A stretch of 38,021 nt of DNA. It comes from Candidatus Eiseniibacteriota bacterium. GTDB taxonomy: Bacteria; Eisenbacteria; RBG-16-71-46. A program made the position numbers and the translations under genes. Location: NCBI GenBank assembly GCA_041483195.1, contig JBGPFC010000036.1:1-38021 (forward strand). Direction: 5' to 3'. A model generated the notes under the pieces. It ran no database searches. It was not told the origin of the DNA and saw nothing but the letters and a program-made list of their open reading frames with translations. Of this stretch, positions 30,893-38,021 are shown piece after piece; the first letter of the stretch is position 1, and every line of letters begins with the position of its first letter.

Positions 30893-31789
30893 ATGAACAT
30901 CGGATTCGTCGGCCTCGGCCGCATGGGCCTGAACATGACCATCCGCCTCGCGCGCGCGAAGCACCGCGTGGTGGCGTGGAACCGCAGCCCCGAGAAGATC
31001 GAGGAGGCGAAGTCGCACGGCGCGGAGGGCGCGGCCACGATCCCCGCGCTGGTCGGCGCGCTCGCGGCCCCGCGGGTGGTGTGGCTCATGATTCCGGCCG
31101 GCCAGCCGGTCGACGACATGCTGGATCAGCTGCTGCCGCTGCTCGCTCCGGGCGATCTGGTGGTGGACGGCGGGAACTCGAACTACAAGGACTCGCGCCG
31201 TCGCGGCGAGCGCCTCGCCGCCGCCCGGCTCGCGTACGTGGACGCCGGCGTCTCGGGCGGCATCTGGGGGCTCGAGATCGGCTACTGCATGATGCTGGGG
31301 GGCGATGCGAATGCGATCGCGCGGCTCAAGCCCGCGCTCGACTCGCTCGCGCCGAAGGACGGCTGGCAGCATGTCGGCGCCTCGGGCGCCGGTCATTTCT
31401 CGAAGATGATCCACAACGGCATCGAGTACGGCATGATGCAGGCGTACGCAGAGGGCTTCGAGATTCTGAAGGCGTCCGATTACCCGTACGACCTCGCGCG
31501 GCTCGCGCACCTGTGGAATCAGGGCAGCGTGGTGCGCTCGTGGCTGCTGGAGCTCGCGGAACGCGCGTTCACGCAGGACCCGGGGCTCGAGAAGATCCGC
31601 GGCTACGTCGAGGATTCGGGCGAGGGGCGATGGACCGTCGACGAGGCGATCGCGCGCGGCGTCCCCGCGCCGGTGCTCGCGCTCTCGCTGTTCCGCCGCT
31701 TCCGCTCGCGCCAGGAAGACTCCTTCAGCGATCGCGTGCTGGCCGCGCTCCGCAACGAGTTCGGCGGCCACGCCGTGAAGGCGAAGTAG
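30893..31789 (+). CDS. gnd: 6-phosphogluconate dehydrogenase, decarboxylating (short type)
   Basis: IGFVGLGRMG, DGGNS, KMIHNGIEYG, DSGEGRW, RNEFGGH. Confidence 0.96.
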   Translation: MNIGFVGLGRMGLNMTIRLARAKHRVVAWNRSPEKIEEAKSHGAEGAATIPALVGALAAPRVVWLMIPAGQPVDDMLDQLLPLLAPGDLVVDGGNSNYKDSRRRGERLAAARLAYVDAGVSGGIWGLEIGYCMMLGGDANAIARLKPALDSLAPKDGWQHVGASGAGHFSKMIHNGIEYGMMQAYAEGFEILKASDYPYDLARLAHLWNQGSVVRSWLLELAERAFTQDPGLEKIRGYVEDSGEGRWTVDEAIARGVPAPVLALSLFRRFRSRQEDSFSDRVLAALRNEFGGHAVKAK

Positions 31790-31856
31790 TGCCGGCGCAG
31801 CGGCCGTCCCGCGCGGGCGGCGCCGCGAGGATCGCGCCACCGGGCGGCGCGCCGCG

Positions 31857-33374
<1,518 letters not shown>

Positions 33375-33408
33375 CCCTCGCGCGGCGTGGGCGCGCACGG
33401 CGGCGGGC

Positions 33409-34110
33409 GTGATCCACGTGTTCGGCGACGCGAGCGCGCTCGCCCGCGCCGCGGCCGAGACCATTGCCGATGCCGCGGCACGCGCGATCCGCGAACGCGG
33501 GCGATTCGACTTAGGCCTCTCGGGCGGACGCACGCCGGAGGCGACCTATCGCGCGCTCGCGAGCGCGCCGCTCGCCGGGCGGGTGGACTGGACGCGGGTG
33601 CGGGTCTACTTCGCAGACGAGCGGGCGCTGCCCCCCCAGGATCCCGCCAGCAACTTCCGGCTGGCGCGCGAGACCCTCATCGATCCCGCCCGCATTCCGC
33701 CCGCCAACGTTCATCGCATGAAGGGCGACTACGCGGACCTCGCCGCCGCCGCCGAGGAATACGAAGCGCACCTCACCGGCCCGCTCGATCTGCTGATCCT
33801 GGGCGTGGGGGAGGACGGCCACACCGCCTCGCTCTTCCCGGGGTCGCCGCTGGTCGACGAAACCACGCGCCGCGTGGCGGTGGTGGCGGACAGCCCCAAG
33901 CCGCCGGCGCGGCGCCTCACGCTCACTCCGCGCGCGATCGCCGAGGCGCGGCGAGTGCTGGTGCTCGCCACCGGAGCGGGGAAGGCGGGTCCGGTGGCAC
34001 GCGCGCTCGAGGGAGACGCGAACCCCCGCGAGGTGCCCGCGCGGCTGTTGCGCGACCGGGAGTGGTATCTGGACCGCGAGGCCGCGTCGGGCCTCGCGCC
34101 GCGGGAGTGA
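33409..34110 (+). CDS. pgl: 6-phosphogluconolactonase
   Basis: LSGGRTP, FADER, LGVGEDGHTASLFP; follows zwf. Confidence 0.95.
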   Translation: MIHVFGDASALARAAAETIADAAARAIRERGRFDLGLSGGRTPEATYRALASAPLAGRVDWTRVRVYFADERALPPQDPASNFRLARETLIDPARIPPANVHRMKGDYADLAAAAEEYEAHLTGPLDLLILGVGEDGHTASLFPGSPLVDETTRRVAVVADSPKPPARRLTLTPRAIAEARRVLVLATGAGKAGPVARALEGDANPREVPARLLRDREWYLDREAASGLAPRE

Positions 34111-34200
34111 AGCCAGGCGAGGCGTGAGACCGCGGGCTCGTCGCGGCTCGGAGCCGCCCATGATTCGCGGAGCAGCGCTTCGGGCGATTGGCCCGCCCGC

Positions 34201-36699
34201 CTAGTGCACGACCACGAGCCTCATGATCCCTGCATGGTCTCCCGCCCGCACTCTGGCCAGGTAAACCCCGTTGGGTACCGCCGATCCCGAGCGATCCCGA
34301 CCGTCCCAGGCAAGGCTGTGTGGACCGGGGGGCAGCGTCTGCGTCGTCGTCAGGGAACGCACTCTGCGACCCGCGATGTCGAAGATCTCGACCGTGACCG
34401 AGCACTCCTCCGGAATCAGGAAGTTGATCTGTGTCGCGCCCGGCGTGGGATTGGGCCTTGGCGACATGAGCAGGAAGCTCCGCGGCGGATCCGAAAGCGC
34501 CGGGCCGACGCCCGTGGTGCCCGCCCCGATATTGGCGAGCTCCGACACGGTGTTGGCGGTCATATTCGCCACCGCCAGGTCGGGCTTGCCGTCGCCGTTC
34601 AGGTCCCCGATCGCCACCCAGGCCGGAGAACTTTCCGTCCCGTAGTCCATCTTCGCCCCGAAGCCGCCGTTGCCGTCGCCGAGCAGCACCGACACTGTTG
34701 CGTCGCCCCAGTTCGCCACCGCCAGGTCGGGCTTGCCGTCGCCGTTCAGGTCCCGGGTCGCCACGGATTGTGGAAAGCCCCCTGTCCCGTAGTCCGTCTT
34801 CGTCGCAAAGGTACCGCCGCCGCTGCCGAGCAGCACCGAGACCGTGCGGGCCGGGTAGTTCGCGCCGACTAGGTCGAGCTTCCCATCTCCATTGAAATCC
34901 CCGATCGCCACGAAGAGGCAATAGCTTCCTGTCGCGTAGTCCGTGTGCAGCCCGAATGTCCCGTTGCCGTTGCCGAGCAGCACCGACACCGAGCTGGAGT
35001 ACTGGTTCGCCGTGGCCAGATCGGGCCTCCCGTCCCCGTTCAGGTCCCCGATCGCCACCGATCGGGGATGACTCCCCGTTCCGTACTCCGTCTTCGTCCC
35101 AAAGGTCCCGTCGCCATTGCCGAGCATCACGGACAGCGCACTGGAGCCTTCCGTCGTGGCCAGATCGAGCTTTCCATCCCCGTTCAGGTCCCCGATCGCC
35201 ACCGATGATGGCCCGCCCCCCGCCACGTAGTCCGTGTCACTCCCGAAAGTCCCGTCGCCGTTGCCCAGCAGCACCGACACTTTGCCGTAGGTGTAGTTCG
35301 ACACCGCAAGGTCGAGTATTCCATCCCTGTTCAGATCGCCGATCGCCACGGAGGAGGGATTTCCACCGCTCTCGGTGAAGAAGTCCGTCGCCGCCCCGAA
35401 CGTCCCGTTGCCGTTGCCGAGCAGCACCGACACGGAGCAGCAGTAATCATCGGCCGTCACCAGGTCTCGCTTTCCGTCGCCGTTCAGGTCCCCGATCGCG
35501 ACGGAGATGGGATTCCGCCCGGTTTCGAAAGCCACGTTCGTCCCAAAGGTTCCATTGCCGTTGCCCAGGAGTACGGACACCGTATTGGAGTTCACGCGTG
35601 CTGTCGCCAGGTCGAGTCTTCCGTCCCCGTTTAAGTCCCCGATCGCAACCGAGAAGGAGCCACTCCCCGCCTCGAATTGAGTGTCCATCCCAAAGGTGCC
35701 GTCGCCATTGCCCAGCAGCACCGACACCCCTGTGGAGCCTGACGCCGTGGCCAGATCGGGTTTCCCGTCGCCGTTCAGGTCCCCGAGCGCCAGCGAGACC
35801 GGACTACTCCCCGTGTCGAATTCTGTGTGCGACCCGAAGGTGCCGTTGCCATTGCCGAGCAGCACCGACACCGCGTCGGAGTACCCGTTCGCCGTCGTCA
35901 AGTCGCGTTTGCCGTCACCGTTCAGGTCCCCGATCACCACGGATTGGGGGTAGTTCGCCGTCAGGAAGTTCGTACTCGCGCCGAAAGTACCGTTGCCGTT
36001 GCCGAGCAGCACCGAGACCGTGTTGGAGTTCCCGTTCGCCAGCGCCAGGTCGGGTTTCCCGTCCCCGTTCAGGTCCCCGATCGCCACGCAGAAGGGAGCG
36101 GTCCCTGTTGTGTAGTCGGTCTTTGCCGCGAAAGTCCCGTTTCCATTGCCGAGCAGCACCGAGACCCCCGCGCCGACAGCCACTGCGAGGTCCGGCTTCC
36201 CATCCCCGTTCAAGTCCCCAATCGCCACGGATTTTGGATTATTCGCCGTGGAGAAGTCCGTATTCGCCCCAAAGGTCCCGTTGCCGTTGCCGAGTAGCAC
36301 CGAGACGGTGGGGCCGCTGCTCGTCACTGCCAGGTCGGGTTTTCCGTCTCCGTCAAGGTCGCCGATTGCCACGGAGCTGGGATGGTCCCCCGTCCCGAAG
36401 TCCGTCTTCGTCCCGAAGGTCCCGTCGCCGTTGCCGAGCAGCACCGACACTGAGGATGCGTACTCGTTCGCCGTGATCAGGTCGGGCCTCCCGTCACCGT
36501 TCAGGTCCCCGATCGCCACGAATCGGGCGCCCTCCGCCGTATCGAAGGAAAGAAAGGGTGCGGCGAAAAGCGGAGCGGCCGTGCTCTCTCGAACGGCTCC
36601 GGCCATAGCCCACAGTACGAAGAGCGGAAGCGGTGCAAGCCCGATCGCCCGTCGAATGATTGCGGAGGAGCGGATGGGCGACGCAGTCAGACCAAGCAT
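34201..36699 (-). CDS. Secreted FG-GAP/VCBS repeat protein with C-terminal FlgD-Ig/T9SS-CTD-like domain
   Basis: 14 (G)DLNGDGxxDL repeats; C-terminal PRPNP..IFDIAGRRVR..WDGRD..GVY; RBS CAGGAG; start somewhat uncertain. Confidence 0.9.
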   Translation of the reverse strand: MLGLTASPIRSSAIIRRAIGLAPLPLFVLWAMAGAVRESTAAPLFAAPFLSFDTAEGARFVAIGDLNGDGRPDLITANEYASSVSVLLGNGDGTFGTKTDFGTGDHPSSVAIGDLDGDGKPDLAVTSSGPTVSVLLGNGNGTFGANTDFSTANNPKSVAIGDLNGDGKPDLAVAVGAGVSVLLGNGNGTFAAKTDYTTGTAPFCVAIGDLNGDGKPDLALANGNSNTVSVLLGNGNGTFGASTNFLTANYPQSVVIGDLNGDGKRDLTTANGYSDAVSVLLGNGNGTFGSHTEFDTGSSPVSLALGDLNGDGKPDLATASGSTGVSVLLGNGDGTFGMDTQFEAGSGSFSVAIGDLNGDGRLDLATARVNSNTVSVLLGNGNGTFGTNVAFETGRNPISVAIGDLNGDGKRDLVTADDYCCSVSVLLGNGNGTFGAATDFFTESGGNPSSVAIGDLNRDGILDLAVSNYTYGKVSVLLGNGDGTFGSDTDYVAGGGPSSVAIGDLNGDGKLDLATTEGSSALSVMLGNGDGTFGTKTEYGTGSHPRSVAIGDLNGDGRPDLATANQYSSSVSVLLGNGNGTFGLHTDYATGSYCLFVAIGDFNGDGKLDLVGANYPARTVSVLLGSGGGTFATKTDYGTGGFPQSVATRDLNGDGKPDLAVANWGDATVSVLLGDGNGGFGAKMDYGTESSPAWVAIGDLNGDGKPDLAVANMTANTVSELANIGAGTTGVGPALSDPPRSFLLMSPRPNPTPGATQINFLIPEECSVTVEIFDIAGRRVRSLTTTQTLPPGPHSLAWDGRDRSGSAVPNGVYLARVRAGDHAGIMRLVVVH

Positions 36700-37034
36700 G
36701 AATGACGTGCTCCTGCCGCTGGAGAAAGTTGACTCGCAGCGGGAGCGGCTGACCCCGAGGCGGGCGCTTGCGATGAAGCCAAGAGTGCCGGGTGGTGGCT
36801 CCCGGGGGCATGGAGCCGGGCACGGCCTGCCTCGCTCACTCGTACGGTAGCCCAAGCTCGTCACGGGCCGCAACGTCCTTCTTCAGATCTGCTTCAGTCG
36901 CGCTCGAGAGTTCCTTGGAGCGCTGCAGCGCGCTTCCAAGAGGTTCGGGAGCGTGGTGTCAGGCTGCGTTCGCGGAAAAACTCGCGCGGCCCGGGTCGCC
37001 CCGGGCCGCGCGGATCCAATCGGCTGCGTACGCG

Positions 37035-37379
37035 CTAGACCCTGCGCGTGCGGCCGCGACGCGATGAGAACAGCGAATCGAGATAGCTGCTGACCTCGCC
37101 GCGCACGATCTCCGGGATGATCTGGCGAACCCGCGCCTGCACTTCGGCGCGAACCTGATTGCCGATGTTGCCCCCGCCCTTGGCCACGCGAACCACCGCG
37201 CGACGCCCGCGGCGGGCGGCCACGCCCTTCTTCTTGCGCCACGAGTAGTAGGTCACGGGCGTGACGCCGAACTTCTTCTGCACCTGGATCGCCGTGAGCC
37301 CTTCCTTCTGGGCCGCGGCGAGGACGCTCGTACGCTGCGCTTCGGTATAGGCGGTACGCTTGCGACGCTTCTTGGCCAT
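37035..37379 (-). CDS. Small basic protein with a transposase-type HTH (HTH_Tnp_1-like), stand-alone
   Basis: RBS CAGGAGG; YTEAQR..VQKKFGVTPVTYYSWRKK; C-terminal amphipathic helix; no OrfB follows. Confidence 0.85.
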   Translation of the reverse strand: MAKKRRKRTAYTEAQRTSVLAAAQKEGLTAIQVQKKFGVTPVTYYSWRKKKGVAARRGRRAVVRVAKGGGNIGNQVRAEVQARVRQIIPEIVRGEVSSYLDSLFSSRRGRTRRV

Positions 37380-38021
37380 GCAATCCTCCTGATGTGATTT
37401 TCCGAGGACAACACTTACCCCGCTCGGCGTAATAAGCCATATCCACACTGACTGCGTCAACCGCGAACCCCCCAATCGGTGTCCTTCTTTTGCAATGTAT
37501 GATTCGCCCCGCGAAACAGATCAAGAAACGAATACAAATTCCCGTATTCCCACCAACTCGAAATTCAGCGAGCCCTCGTTCGACAGTTCGCCCGCGATGG
37601 ACCCGAGACACGCGGCAGCGGGCCGATGGACAATGGTGTCGCCCCCCGCGCACTCCGCGAGGCAGCGGCGCGAGCGATGGGCGCGGCCCGGCGGCTCGAG
37701 GCCTCGCGTGAGCCACGGACGGCGGAGCGAGGCCTCGCGCCAGTGAGGGCGAGCAGGATGCGAGCCCGAACGGCCGAGCCGCACCCATCGCTCGGGCCGC
37801 TGCCACGCCGCCAGTTGGGGGGTTTCGCTGCGAGCCAGTGCAACTCGGAGCCAACGGGCCTATCGGACCACGCAGGAGCCGCCTAGGAGCCTGTCCGAGT
37901 ATTCGCAACGTCGGCGCGCATGATCCGAGATCCTGGGTGGTGCGCGTCGATCGTCGTTTCGGCCGGCCTGCGAAGGGATCCGCGACGCCCTCGGCGGCGG
38001 TCGACCTCGCCCCGGGCCACG

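Noticed and set aside
37884..37905. IS/MITE-like terminus TAGGAGCCTGTCCGAGTA
   Set aside because: It resembles IS5-type ends, but there is no partner end or transposase inside the window, so it cannot be supported.

Overview
High-GC bacterial DNA. The C-terminal TWGxxKxxYR and FlgD-type tails and the gene content suggest the Eisenbacteria/Krumholzibacteria/Latescibacteria neighbourhood (inference only). Bases 1-8767 look like the right end of a lower-GC genomic island. It carries nested IS21/IS5 remnants, a radical SAM + membrane protein + NitT/TauT-type ABC operon, and a Schlafen/AlbA_2-STAND-TPR (NLR/Avs-like) candidate defence gene. The island ends in four degenerate repeats, the last of which runs into a tRNA-Cys 3' fragment (att site). 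An intact IS3 element sits in the last codons of an outer-membrane beta-barrel gene. The remainder is mostly backbone: a secreted propeller, a membrane protein-HTH_17-MEMO1 operon, SGNH hydrolase, GT1 glycosyltransferase, DinB, Ser/Thr kinase, hybrid histidine kinase, MFS, gnd-zwf-pgl, an FG-GAP protein and an orphan transposase-type HTH. The best candidate for a new system is a small exported 'GDPDGP' pre-peptide whose gene overlaps the start of a TPR-sensor sigma54 activator, with a compositionally distinct N-terminal TPR segment. This could be an RRNPP-like peptide-signalling module wired to sigma54. All calls are from manual reading; no searches were run.
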